Origin: Octopus bimaculoides
Lineage: Eukaryota
Assembly: GCF_001194135.2 (NCBI RefSeq)
Contig: NC_068984.1
Coordinates: 5,827,741 to 5,891,740, forward strand
Reading direction: 5' to 3'
Length of the DNA: 64,000 bases
Part shown: positions 13,115-25,930 of the stretch, one piece after another
Layout: every line of letters begins with the position of its first letter
How positions within the stretch are numbered: the stretch's first letter is position 1
The notes under the pieces: generated by a model
The model's input: only the letters and a program-made list of their open reading frames with translations
What the model was told of the DNA's origin: nothing
Databases searched by the model: none
Position numbers and translations under genes: made by a program

Positions 13115-13287
13115 GTTCCTGTCATATTTGGGACCAGAATTCTTCACCGTATGCTTTGGATTGTCATCTATTCGTTTCCTTCAAACCGAAACAGCTCAAC
13201 GAATACCTTTGTTCGAAAGCTTCCCAGTTTGGTCGGAAGCTGACCTATGGATGTTGCAATCATCCGGTTCAGGCTTCCGATGTGTAG
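13115..13287 (+). other. Candidate exon, host gene unknown
   Basis: Long polypyrimidine tract ending CTCTACAG at 13114; all three frames stay open for more than 40 codons; non-repetitive. Product not recognised. Confidence 0.35.
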
Positions 13288-13829
13288 ATATAAGCATATA
13301 TTTTTCATCCATCTCTCCCCGCATAATGATTAAGCCACAGATATAAAACACCAATCACGATCCGAAAATCTACAATTGTAGCATAATCTTAATCCATTCT
13401 TGTTTACAAACAAGCCTACCACATCCGTTCTTAAAATTAAATCTCCTTCATTATGAACGTCGACGAAACATTGTATGTACGAGCACTATAATCACCTCTA
13501 ATTAGTTTCACCTGTAAATAAGTCATCAATTCTCAGGATATTTCTCACTCACACGATCTGCTCGGAACATTATCTTTTGTTTCATCCTCTTCTTGAATCT
13601 ACGTCTCCGGTATGTGAGTCTTATCACCTGTCGTCTTAATTCTTCTACAAGTGACACTGAGCCACTTAAGAGGCCACTACGGGGTCGCTAGAAATAGAAG
13701 CCAAGTCACTATGAAATTAGTCCCTACAGTCTTAAAAATAATAATTTTTGACTGACACTGCATTGTATAGTCTGAGGAAACAGTGACATCATAGACCAAG
13801 GCTGAGTTGATGTTAAATAACAACATACA

Positions 13830-14528
13830 TTCAACTAAGGACCTTCTGCGATTGACTCTTGATCTAAACAACAGAGTTAAAACGGCAACCTTTGAGCATC
13901 ATATTCATCTTGAGAAAGAGATGGAAGTCCGCAGGTGCTAAATCTGAAGAATAGAGCAGAAGCGAGATCATGTTTTTTGGTGAGACACTCACGACTGAGG
14001 AGACCTCGGTAACAGGGTGCATTGTAGTTGCACAGATTCTAATTCTTCACGCTCCACAGATCCGGTCGCTTTCGCCAAATATCCTCTCTCAAATGCTTCA
14101 AAACGTCGGAATTTTTGATCGACAATTCTATGGATGTCGGTGACAAAAGAACGAAAAGCATGCTCTTGATTGAGCTGCGGCTATTTTGAAACGCTCGTGC
14201 CTCTCAAAACCTTGCTCACGACCCATTACCTCTTGGCTGTAAGCTTGCCGAAGCATGCTCAAATGTCTCTGAAGCAGACTTCCCAAGTTTAACGCAAAAC
14301 TTCAGGTTGGCTCCTTCTTCCAGCTTCCTGTTCATGACAAAAATCGCAGACTAGAGCATAGACGTGATTACAAAAACGCACATTTCATGACTTGCGAAGT
14401 ACACAGTGATATCACTCGGCACACTGCCTCTTGAAAGTCACTGTTAGCTCTCATTGCGCGTGTAACCGTGTGCTGTCATCTGTTGGCGCGCTACAGAACT
14501 AGTCCGGGAACTTTTTGATATCACTTCG
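13830..14528 (-). mobile_element. Mariner (DD34D) transposon relic, internally deleted
   Basis: TA + TIR CGAAGTGATATCAAAAAGTTCCCGGACTAG at 14528; MNRKLEEGANLKFCVKLGKSASET; DLWSVKN; YSSDLAPADFHLF..M..LKGCRF. Confidence 0.85.
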
Positions 14529-14574
14529 TATATATAAGGATACAAACATGCATATCAGTCTATCTAGTTAACTG

Positions 14575-14623
<49 letters not shown>

Positions 14624-14877
14624 AAGAGAGATAGAGAGAGATAGAGAAAGATAGAGAGAGAGAAAGAGAGAGAGAGAAAGGTGTGAAGTGCAATTTCAAT
14701 GTGCAAGGTCACACGATGAATGAATTCAAATCATAAAAACAGTTTGGCTAAAATATTACAACCTACCCAACGAGTACAAACACCTTGCACATTAGTTTAG
14801 AGCGCTCACTGTGCGGCCTAGAAGCTCTGGTGTTGATATGTAAAACTTTTTTCAAATAAAAAAAATGTTAGGTTACA

Positions 14878-15160
14878 ATAGTTAGAGCATTCGGCTCACG
14901 ATTGTATGGTTGTAGTTTCGATTCTCGGCGGCGCGTTATGTCCTCGAGCAAGACGTTTTATTTCCCGTTGTTACAGTTCACACAACTGGGAAAAATGACT
15001 AATACCTGTATTTTAAAAGAGTCAGCCTTGTCAAATTCTGTTTCACGCTGAATCTCCCAAAGAACCATGTTAAAGTTCAGTGTGTCTATGGCTTGCTCAG
15101 TTAATTTCACCAGCAGGGTTTCCGCTGATCAGATCAACTGGAACCTTCGTCGTCGTAACT
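14878..15160 (+). mobile_element. CORE-type SINE carrying the family B 3' tail
   Basis: Head and CORE-like TCCTCGAGCAAGACGTTTTATTTCCCGTTG...CAGTTCAC match the 38438 copy; tail GTCAGCCTTGTCA...GATCAACTGGAACCTTCGTCGTCGTAA matches family B. Confidence 0.7.
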
Positions 15161-18100
15161 AAAGTGAGTTAGTTTTTATTTTCAAAACCAAGGCTTTCCA
15201 AGTGTTCATTCATCTAAGTACTAACTAGGCTAATCGAGCGAGAACCGGTGTTTTCGGTGTGTTGTCCACCTGAACAAGGCAAAGTTAAAAGCAACGTTAG
15301 GATGAGAAAGGAAGGCTGCAGATACAGATGTGATATGTGCTGGTCACATTCCTATAAATATTATAATATCCTTGCGTTGTCCTCCATATTGTTTTCTCAT
15401 GAGATGTCTATGTAGGACAGTATAATCGGAAATACAGTTTTAATCACCTTTCAGCTAGAGTCAATATTTGTATTTTCTTCGCTGAAATTAACCAGCGCAC
15501 GCTCAATCAACATTTATGAAAGCGAGAGATTTATATGTTGTGATATTCACGAATGTGTGTAAAGACAATAACAATGTAATTTGAAGTGAAATTGTGGTGA
15601 ACGTTACACACTAATCTTTCAAGACACTTACTCTAGAACATCATCACGAAATAATAATAGTAAAAGCTCACACACAAACACGAAACAGATTTTTCTCTGA
15701 TTTTGCCAGCTTAGATTTATCTCTTCTTGCTCCACACGACAAAGAGGATAGAAATCTTTTTTTCTTTTTTTTTTTCTGTACTTTCAATTTTCTATCTACT
15801 TTGCTCCCAAGGTAAAAACGATATATATTTGTTATTCTGAAAGGATAAATGATAAAGTGGACTTTCGAAGAACTGGGGGTCAAACAACTAATTCACAATG
15901 CGGATAAAAATGTCAACATTTATTTATATAGAAAGACCGTCTCACTATTAAATCACATCATCCTATTTAGCTTCGCATCTGAGAAATATCTGAAAAACAT
16001 TTACTAGAATTAAGTGCACAGAAAACTTGGCCTCCTGTTTCATGCTTTCATTGAACAATAGAAAATGTTTCAGATATATTTATCTTTTTGTTTTAAGATA
16101 CATTGTAGCATTGATAAAGACAGCCAATATTTATACTGGTTGGGAAATGAAGCCTTCAGTACTGTTGCAGTTACAAAAGACATCCTGTGTTGGTTTGCTT
16201 ATCCTTGGGCCCTGAAATCCTTATGGAGAAGCAGGATCACCGTGTCTTAATCTGCGGTGTGTCTTGGACAGTGTTAGAACATAGCCGATTTCTTCGGGAA
16301 AGAGACAGAAAAGAAAAGGACAGACACTAGTACAGGACTGGACTCCAAAATGAACAAAGCCAAAAGCGACCTCGGCAGTAATTGAAGTCGCAGGGCAGGG
16401 AGTCGAAAAGAATGCTTCAAAGCACTACCCACCGTTCTAACAACTCAACCAATTCGCCGTCCAAGACTAGCATGAAAGATTCGAAATATTATGTCTAGTA
16501 GCTAAGAAGATTTAAAAAGACCTCAGAGTTATGATGCGGCTTCGTGCAGCAACGTCTCTTTGTGCAAAGGTTTATTTCAGTAACAAGAACCTTTTCTGTG
16601 AAATCAATGCAACTTATCTTCTCTGTAACATCGTATTCTTCACGATCAGTTTAGAAAGAGTTGAAATTTTAACAAATAAAATTTAATTCCTTCCTAATTT
16701 TGTGCGGAGTGGTAACTGAACTCGTTGAAATATCAGTATTACTTACTTTTTAGTTTTATACTTCAGATCAAACAGATTATAAATTCCATACCCTTCTGAA
16801 ATTTGAAAGATTGAGAAGATGAAGAGGAGAAACATCACTTCCTCCCATCCTTTGTATCTTGTTTTTGACTCTGGAACATTGCAAAATAATTGTCTTTGCT
16901 TATCTTAAGTTGGTGCCAACCTGTCCAACCCTGTTCCCGTGACAGAAACTTCATGCTCAAGACTGGTCAAAATTAAATCCTACCATTAACATTTCCTGAT
17001 ATTCTATTCCAAACACCAACATAATCCTGTCATGCCATATTCCCGCTATTGCAGGAATGGGTTAAGTATCATCTCTGCAGGATTCCCGTTAAAGAGGTAA
17101 TTAACAAAATATAGTAGAAACGGAAGATGCAGCCGATTCCGTCCGTTAGTTTGCCTGTATATGTAACTAGCTATTTTTATTTTTTGCTCAGGAGCCCAGG
17201 TTTAAGAGGATTAATAATGACAAAGCTATTTAAATAAATTCATTAATTTCAAAATTAATTGAAACGAAGTTGTTTCAACCAAAGAGATAATAGTGGGAAG
17301 GAAAGCCCAGAAAACGAAGGATAATAGGAAATAAAACACTGGCAGGCAGAGTTCACTCGGAATTTGTCCTAATTTACTTAACTATTGATGTAGCAGATCT
17401 TTTGAGGGTGGTTGCTTTTTAGGTGTATGATAGAGTCATGCCAGGATCGAGTTGTAAATAAACCATGTTCCCATCGCAGGTCAAAATACCTTCATATATG
17501 CCATACTTATATTCAGGAGAAAAGCATGAAACTCACATCATTCCATTGTTTTCCTTCTGCTAGACGTGTAAATCTGGGTCAGGTGCAACATGAACCAATA
17601 TTAACGATTGTCAACAATCCTGCAAGTAATCGCCGGCAAACTGATTTAGTCGCGCTCCCGAGCGGAGTCATTTATATATTCCGTAGACGTCTTTGGTAAA
17701 AGCATGAATGCCATCACACCTCATTGCTTATTTCATCGACCGTAAAGCTGGAACTCTATATCTACTCTAAATAAATCGATATCCATTGTTAAGCAGTCCA
17801 AATACTTTATTGGTTGCTACTAACCTTTGTGTATGTGTGAGAGTGTGGAGGTTAGTATGAAACACGCTTGTGTATATATTTGGATATATAGTCGAGAAAA
17901 ATGGTAAAAAAAAAAATTCTCTTATGATAGCAAAGATGGGGAAAAAAACTAATAAAACATCAGTTTATTGTTGAATGTAAACTGTGTGGTACGGAACATT
18001 ATCTAGTGATGTATCCAGTGTGTTTAAATTGATATGTCAACAAACGGAAAGTTACCATCAAAAGAATGAATTCTACATCAACTCCACTTGTTTCTGGGTT

Positions 18101-18605
18101 ATATAGAAAACAGTAAATCGGCGATTACTGTCTTAAATAAGACAAACAACAAAGAAAGTTCGGAACAAATATTAATCTATGATTTTAGCGATATATAGAC
18201 ACTAATACATCAGACAATAAACTGCTTGATAATTTAAACGCCCGAGTAAATGTTGCATTTAAAAGGGGGGAAATAAAAATTATGTCTTTTTTTTTCTTTC
18301 TTGCGGAATTACCTATTTTGGGAAGTAAAGTTAAACAAAAAAATATTTCTCTTTATATTCTTGCATCCAATACAAGTACTGTGTCATGTATTACTGTGAT
18401 GTTAGGCATATTGTTATGAATCAAGCAACAGAATCAGTTCTTTGATCGATTCTCTGCATTTCTTTGGTACATTTTTTAAGACCTAAGAAGTTGCAGATAT
18501 CTAATGAAAATGTTCGATAGTGACTTCAAAGTTTCGGTTTCTTAGGCATAAGACTGAGGTTTAGCTTGCTCCACCTGGCCATTTGTATGGTGCTTCTGGC
18601 ATGGT

Positions 18606-18752
<147 letters not shown>

Positions 18753-19672
18753 AATTCTTAGTGAAATGCTCTCGACTAGGTTTTTAATTAAATTTTTAAC
18801 TATATTTTGACTAAAGTTTCTTTTTGTGTGTTTAAATCTATGTTGCAATGTATCCTTATGCATTTATGAATGCCTATGTACACACACATACAAACATGTA
18901 TAGTTACATGCAAACATAGTCACATACGGTCGTACATATCCATAGTTACACGTATATATAGCTGGGTGTAAATAAATATTTCCTTATAGACTCGTGTCAC
19001 TATAGAAAAGGTTTTTATCTCGATATGTATAAATACAAATATACGCGGTTATATATTTGCATTTGTATATGTATAGACACCCTTGCCAGAAATGGAGTAT
19101 TTCAACAAATAATCTATAGTAACATTTTTTTTTATTAATCTAACCTTTAAAAAGAAAAATATCCGGTTTAAAATTATTTGAAGCGTCTGACACTAACACT
19201 GACTTTGAAATTTTCTCTAACCTATGATCTGTAACAAATTGTACTAACATCATCTATAAATATTTTATGGTCAGTAATATAGTCTCTTATCATCCTATAA
19301 AGATTTGAAAGATCACATGAAAACCGTCAAACAGGATTTGTGGTCGAAATATGGAACATCGTCAAATGAACCACTATGAAAGTTAGCTCTTATGCATACC
19401 TGACTGACGTCAAACAAATTTCCCTTATCAAAGCAGACACACTCTCTCCACCATCCGTATGTATGGTAAACAGTAATTGGAGCATTATGATGTTATGCGA
19501 GGGCGTAGCGAAGTGAATATTTCATATTTCCTCCACGTGCTGCAACTGAAGTTCACTTTTATTATTTAATTTCATTCTTATTGACAATAGTCAAAACAAA
19601 GACAGAATTTATTCTTGTGAACTTCTGGATAAATGATAATTTTATCTTCACGAATTGAATTGTATTCTAAAT

Positions 19673-19921
19673 CAGTGGTTCTCCAACTTTTTCAGGCTAA
19701 GAGTACATTTCTTGTCCCCACCTCACCCCACCATTTTCTGAAGCAAATCCAAAACAGTATTTCACAAATAAAACTTAACCTCATGAACCTTTTATTTTGT
19801 TTCTTTTTTACATCCTCTGTCCCGTTTTGGTCACCCCATAATCGCCCCATCTTTCTTCAACGCCCTCTGGATCTTTCCATCACTTTCAGAAGAGCGGTAC
19901 CGCCCATTTGGGGAACTACTA
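19673..19921. mobile_element. hAT (Charlie/MER5-like) MITE
   Basis: TIRs CAGTGGTTCTCCAA and TTGGGGAACTACTA; 8-bp flanks TTCTAAAT and CTCTATAT (6/8 match, NTCTANAN-type target). Confidence 0.7.
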
Positions 19922-19937
19922 CTCTATATGGTCCCTC

Positions 19938-20080
19938 TGTGTGCGTGCATGTCTGCGCATGCGTGCATATCTGCGCGTGCGTGCATGTCTGCATGTGCGT
20001 GCATGTCTGCGCATGCATGCCTCTGGGCGTGCATGTCTGTCTGTGTATGTCTGTGTGTGTGCATATCTGTGTGTGTGTGT
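19938..20080. repeat. Degenerate (GTGCATGTCTGC)-type minisatellite
   Basis: Seen directly. Confidence 0.8.
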
Positions 20081-20265
20081 TGAAATAACAGTAATGAATC
20101 AGTCCGACCGTAAGTATTCCGTTGTTTTCAGAAAATAGGTTTAAAATCCTCACAAACACATATTTAATGATGGTCGTGACTTCGAAGTTACTCTCAGCAT
20201 TTTTGTGTTGAAACTAATATGATCCACAGCTGCAACTTACTGAATGGTCCTTTAATTATTATCAT

Positions 20266-20472
20266 TCGTCCTTTACTAATCTCAGTCATTTAACTGCGGC
20301 CATGCTGGAGCATCGCCTTGAAGAACTTTTAATTAAATGAATCGAACCCTGTAATTTTATTAAACCTGGTACTTATTCTATCGGGCTCGTTTGCCGAACC
20401 GATAGGTTACTGGGATGAAAACACACTGGTTGTCGAGCAGTCGTGGGGAACAAGCAGATACAAACGCACGCG

Positions 20473-20519
<47 letters not shown>

Positions 20520-20598
20520 GACGGGCTTCTTTCAGTTTCCATCTACCAAATCCACATATAAGGCTTTGGTCGGCTCGCGGCTATAGAAGACATTTGAA
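20266..20598 (-). mobile_element. SINE family A, 5'-truncated
   Basis: CAGTCATTTAACTGCGGCCATGCTGGAGCATCGCC...CAGTTTCCATCTACCAAATCCAC. Confidence 0.85.
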
Positions 20599-22575
20599 GT
20601 TTTCACACACTAGGAGCTGGTTTATATTACTGTGTGTGTGTGTAGCCATGCATATATTGTACATGTGGGGGTACAGAACTCTTTTTTTCATTTGGCTAAT
20701 GAAAATTATTGTATTCAAGTTTGACATCCATCATACATCCACCCGTACATCCACCCAATCATACCCGTGTCCATCCATCCATGTATCATTATAAAAATGC
20801 TTAAATCTCTCAATGCGTTCGCTCAAGAGCTGCTTAGTAACTTCGTGTTGTAGCTCAATGCAAGACCAGTCAGAATTGATGCAAACATGCTGTTTACATT
20901 CTCTAGCTCTGACTTGATCGTGTTGTAAAGTTATTACAGGAGCAGTTTCTAATAAATCAGGTCTCTTTCACTAAACATCACATGAAACTAGGAAATCTAC
21001 TGCAAATGGAAAATATTCAAATGAAAGACGTACATTAGAGCACAATAAAACACATTTAATAATATAGCATGACCATACACACATTTACATACGTATAAAC
21101 ATATATATATACGCTTATAAGCCTACATATTTATATATGCACACACACAAACACACACACACTAGTGTGCATACACAAGGATACATATTTATACACAAGT
21201 ATACCTGCTTACTCTCGAATGCATACATGCATAAATGCGTATGTATTCATTCATATACACGCGCATACATAATCAAACTTACATAAACACGCTTATACCC
21301 ATATACATATGAGCACACAAACGTGTATATCCATACATACTATTTTAGATATAATTGAAAATATGGCTGTTTTAGCTTTCTTTTTTATTAGAATTTCTTG
21401 TTATTTTCCTCTGATTTCCTTGAAGTTTCTGGAAAAGCCAACTTTCTCAATTTTCCTAAGAAATAGCAAGGAAATCATACGAAAATATGAAAAGATTTTG
21501 TAAAAAAACATACCCAAGACACAGTCGTCTTCTCAATATAACATTGCGAAAAGAAAAGCTGTTTACCATTTCGTGTATGTGTATTTGTATCTGTTAATGT
21601 AAATGCTATAAATGTAAATGCTTGCTTGTATAGTGGAGAAAATATGCAGATATATGTTTGTGAACAAGGCTCTGTACCTACCTATACAGAGATCTATTAC
21701 ATATATGGGTATGTGTTACATACATACATACAAAGTGGTATGAAAACGTTAGTTCTGTAGCCTATCAACAGTTGGTAGCATGAGGTTGTGTGAGCAGTGA
21801 GAGCTTGCAGTGACTTTCATCAGGCAGTGGTGCCGAGTGACATCGCTGTTTACTTTGCAAGTTGCGAAATCTGTGCTTTTGTGATCACCTGTATGCTGTA
21901 GTCTGCGATTTTTGTCATGGACAGGAAGTTGGAATAAAGGACCAACGGGAAATTTTACGTTAAACTTGGGAAGCCTGCTACAGAGACATTGAGCATGCTT
22001 CGGCAAGCTTACAGGAACGAGGCAATTGGTCGTAAGTAATCTTTCGAATGGTACTGGTAATTCAAAGGCGGAAGAACTTCTCTTGAAGACGATAAGCGAT
22101 CTAGAATACCTGCCATGCGCTTCACCCTCGGAAATGTATTGTGCATGAAGAATTCGCCCCCCCCCCGCCCCGCCGGGCGATCGAAAGTTCAACTGCGACG
22201 TTTTGAAGCGTCTGCGGGAGGACATTCGGCAAAAGTGACGCGATCTATGGAGCGGGAAGAATTGGATTCTTCACGACGACAGCGCACCCTGTCGTCGAGT
22301 TCTACTCACTCACGAGTTTCTCACCAAAAACATAGGATCGCTTTTGCATCCACCCTGTTCTTCAGATTTAGCACCCTGTAGACGAAAATATAGTTCAAAG
22401 GTCGCCGTTTTAATGCCGTTGTCGAGACTAAGAGCGAATTGCAGAAGGTCCTCGATGCGCTTACAGAAAACGACTTCCAGACCGGATTCCAAGAGTGTCA
22501 GGAACGCTAGGACCGGTGTATTGCTGCGCAAGGTAACTATTTCGAAGGAGATGATGTTAAATCTTAGCTAAATAA

Positions 22576-22985
22576 TACAGTTCTATATTTAAGAGATGAG
22601 GAATTATGTACATTATTTATATTTGACGGATATTTGTCATCTTGTTTGATGTTTCGGCTGATATACCTTCCAGCATTCCTTGGGAAAATTTCGAACCTGG
22701 GTTCTCATTCCTAAGGTATTTTTGGATGTTGTTATTATTATTCACGTCACTGCTTGGTATCGAAGCTACTAACCCCAAGATTCCTAGTTCGATTCCAAGC
22801 AGTGACCTGAATAATAATAACAATAATAATAATAACATCGAAAAATACCTTAGGAGTGAGAACCCAGGTTCGAAATTTCCCCAAGACACCTGATGAAGGC
22901 TGGAGGGTTTATCAGCCGAAACGTTGTGCTAGCAACAAGCAAGATGAGGACAAATATCCATCAAATGTAACTAATGCAAATAATG
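22576..22985. mobile_element. SINE family E fold-back insertion (tRNA-like head + hammerhead tail)
   Basis: Minus-strand copy 22578-22782 joined to plus-strand copy 22783-22985, giving arms of roughly 170-200 bp; TSD TTAGCTAAATAA at 22564-22575 and 22986-22997. Confidence 0.85.
22885..22930 (+). ncRNA. Minimal type I hammerhead ribozyme (Penelope-type), intact catalytic core
   Basis: GACAC-CUGAUGA-a-GGCUG[10 nt]CAGCC-GAAA-CG-UU/-GUGCU; helix III is the palindrome AACGUU; predicted cleavage after 22925 (GUU triplet). Confidence 0.7.
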
Positions 22986-23471
22986 TTAGCTAAATAAGTT
23001 TTTTTTTATTAAACATAACTAGCTTTTGATAGATATATACATATAGTGCAATTTAAAAGATTATTGCATCGCACGACCAATAATCAGTATTAAACCCCCA
23101 TATTTATCTCCATGTCTGAAGGATAACGGTATTAAAGTGAACGTATCATTTGGCTGGAATCAGCCCTTGGGTACGTCGCAGAGCTAATATACAAAACAAG
23201 ACAGAAGAGATTGTTCACAAAATACTTAGTTACACAATCTTACGCATATTTCATTAAGAATGATAGTTTAATAATCAAACTGCATCGTCAAATCTACAGA
23301 GATGTTTCACTCTCAATTTTAATTTTATTGAGATTATTGACAATGTTGCCATTGCTAGATAAGCAATGAGGTGAGAACTACTGATACACAGTGTTTCTTC
23401 TACATACATTACTGCTGATTTGGTTATTTATAAATGGGTTTTTCTTCTATTGTCTGTTACCTGGAGTTAGT

Positions 23472-23835
23472 GGAGGTGCAATGGCCCAGTGGTTAGGGCA
23501 GCTGACTCGCGGTTTCGATTCCCAGACCGGACGTTGAGTGTTCATTGAGCGAAAACGCCTAAAGCTGCACGCGGCTTCGGCAGGGAGTGGTGGCGAATTC
23601 TGCTGTACTCTTTCACCACAACTTTCTCTCACTCTTCCTTCCTGTTTCTGTTGGACCTGTATTTCCAAGGACCAGCCATGTAACACACTGTGTTACGCTG
23701 AACCTCCCCGAGAACTACCTTAAGTGTACACGTGTCTGTGGAATACTCAGCCACTTGCACGGTAATTTCACGAGCACGCTGTTCCGTTGATCGGATCAAC
23801 TGAAACCCTCGTCGTTGTCACCAACGGAGTGCCAC
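23472..23835 (+). mobile_element. tRNA-derived SINE family B
   Basis: GGAGGTGCAATGGCCCAGTGGTTAGGGCAGC...TTCGATTCCC head and ...GATCGGATCAACTG...CGTCGT...CGGAGTGCCA tail; closely similar to the 37824 and 44763 copies. Confidence 0.9.
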
Positions 23836-24027
23836 ATACAAATTTCTCTATGTATATGTAAACATACACAAACACATATATACACACGCTCACATATACG
23901 TATATGAGATCATATACACATACATTTGACTTGTATTGGGTCGAACTAATTTTGCAGATTGAATGTTTTATTTAAATTGAATATTTATCACGCGATTCGA
24001 GTTTCACAACAGTGCAATTTCGGGCTC

Positions 24028-24063
<36 letters not shown>

Positions 24064-24462
24064 AGTGTAGGCGAGTGAGCTTGCGGGCCAGTGTACGCAC
24101 AGAGACATGCGTGTGACGTGTGTGGATAGATAAATGAATCCCTGGAGGGAAGAGAATGAAAAGGAAACAGTTATATAACTGATGTGATAATATATGGTAA
24201 ACGCCATTTTTCATACACATACATGCACGAGAGCATTCACGCATCACGTGCACACATCCCCCNNNNNNNNNNNNNNNNNNNNNNNNNNNNNNNNNNNNNN
24301 NNNNNNNNNNNNNNNNNNNNNNNNNNNNNNNNNNNNNNNNNNNNNNNNNNNNNNNNNNNNNNACACACCTGTGTACATACTCTCAAATTCACATGTGAAT
24401 ATATAGACACATACATATATATGTATACACACACACGTATAAATACATACATTCCTACACTC

Positions 24463-24500
<38 letters not shown>

Positions 24501-24969
24501 TACATACACACACAAATCTCTAGGGATATACGTGTGTTTGCCTGAGAGATATTTATCTATTTACGCACTGGACGTCTCTAATCCACTCCTCCCGCCAATC
24601 TTAATCTAAAGTACAATACCCCCTAAGTCGTCAATATATAGTTAACACTATGTTAGAATAGTCCTATGGTATGAGGAAATATCCACATCTATGTACATGT
24701 CTTTTATTGTGTGTGCAGATAGTCATATTGACGTTTTATTGCAGAAATGTCATCAATGGATTTACTCATAATTCGTTCTCTTGCCTTATATTTAACATTA
24801 TCACCACTTCGAGTCGTATTTTTATAATCTGGTCAATAATATTGTATGAAAGTATGACAGTAGAGGAATAGATTTCATATTATTTAGCACAAAGAAATGA
24901 AAGGATGCAATATCTGTCCGTGTGTCGTATTGTCCGCCGCCGCTTTCTTTCTATATCCCCTCTCTTCCA

Positions 24970-25015
<46 letters not shown>

Positions 25016-25781
25016 GCACACACACACACACACACACACACANNNNNNNNNNNNNNNNNNNNNNNNNNNNNNNNNNNNNNNNNNNNNNNNNNNNNNNNNN
25101 NNNNNNNNNNNNNNNNNNNNNNNNNNNNNNNNNNNNNNNNNNNNNNNNNNNNNNNNNNNNNNNNNNNNNNNNNNNNNNNNNNNNNNNNNNNNNNNNNNNN
25201 NNNNNNNNNNNNNNNNNNNNNNNNNNNNNNNNNNNNNNNNNNNNNNNNNNNNNNNNNNNNNNNNNNNNNNNNNNNNNNNNNNNNNNNNNNNNNNNNNNNN
25301 NNNNNNNNNNNNNNNNNNNNNNNNNNNNNNNNNNNNNNNNGACAGACAGAGAGAAATGTATAAAAGAATAAATGAAATGATACGATATGATGTAGAGAAC
25401 ATCTGAACAGAGTTACACAAAAAGTTCTGGCAAACACTGAGGAGCAAACACTGTCTGCTTGAAGCACATTCAACAATGCAGTTCTATCGTGTATGAGAAA
25501 GTAAAAAGAATACTTTGGCAAAAATCTGGAACCCGAGGAAACTGGTCGTTGACCAGCGACAATAAATCTAAAAGATGCTCCGTAAGTTGTTGCCGCGAGG
25601 AGTCAAGAATTTAAAATATCGGTGCCATATCCTTTCATCAACGTGGAAGGTAGATTTTTTTTTAAAGTTATCTTATTTTTCATCCAAGCTCTCACAATTT
25701 TTTTTCTTTCACACGCAAATGACGATGCTTCTATTCCAATATCGGCCCTGAAACTGTAGAAGGTAATGCACAAGCGTACTG

Positions 25782-25930
25782 ACTGTAAGTTATCTCTATA
25801 TAGTACAAAGAGTACATGCGTTATAAACTGCATAAAACACAGTACAAAGAGTATATAGTACAAAGAGTATTACTGCAAGTAATCTCTATATAGTACAAAG
25901 AGTACATGCGTTATAAGCTGCATGAAACGC
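25782..25930. repeat. Local direct duplication (about 58 bp, period 90) with four AGTACAAAGAGTA motifs
   Basis: Seen directly. Confidence 0.8.

Larger units (their letters stand above)
21730..23030 (+). mobile_element. Mariner (DD34D) relic, same family as 13830-14528, interrupted by the family E insertion
   Basis: MDRKLE at 21917, KLGKPATETLSMLRQAY, WILHDDSAPC, HPPCSSDLAP, KFKGRRF, RCIAAQGNYFEGD; the 3' end resumes after the 12-bp TSD at 22986. Confidence 0.85.

Noticed and set aside
16085-16250. Exon: plus-strand ORF (LYWLGNEAFSTVAV) or minus-strand TNFR-like TQDVFCNCNSTEGF
   Set aside because: Splice sites are weak and no partner exons were found; the similarity is too short to support
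17535-17620. Minus-strand exon ending in GAT|GTGAGT
   Set aside because: With the best acceptor all three frames contain stops; the shorter version (FTRLAEGKQWND) has a poor acceptor
25531-25565. Third hammerhead: CCGAGGA-AA-CTGGTC-GTT-GACCAG-CGACA
   Set aside because: The helix II-like hairpin is perfect, but both core strands are mutated and no helix I partner is evident; at most a relic
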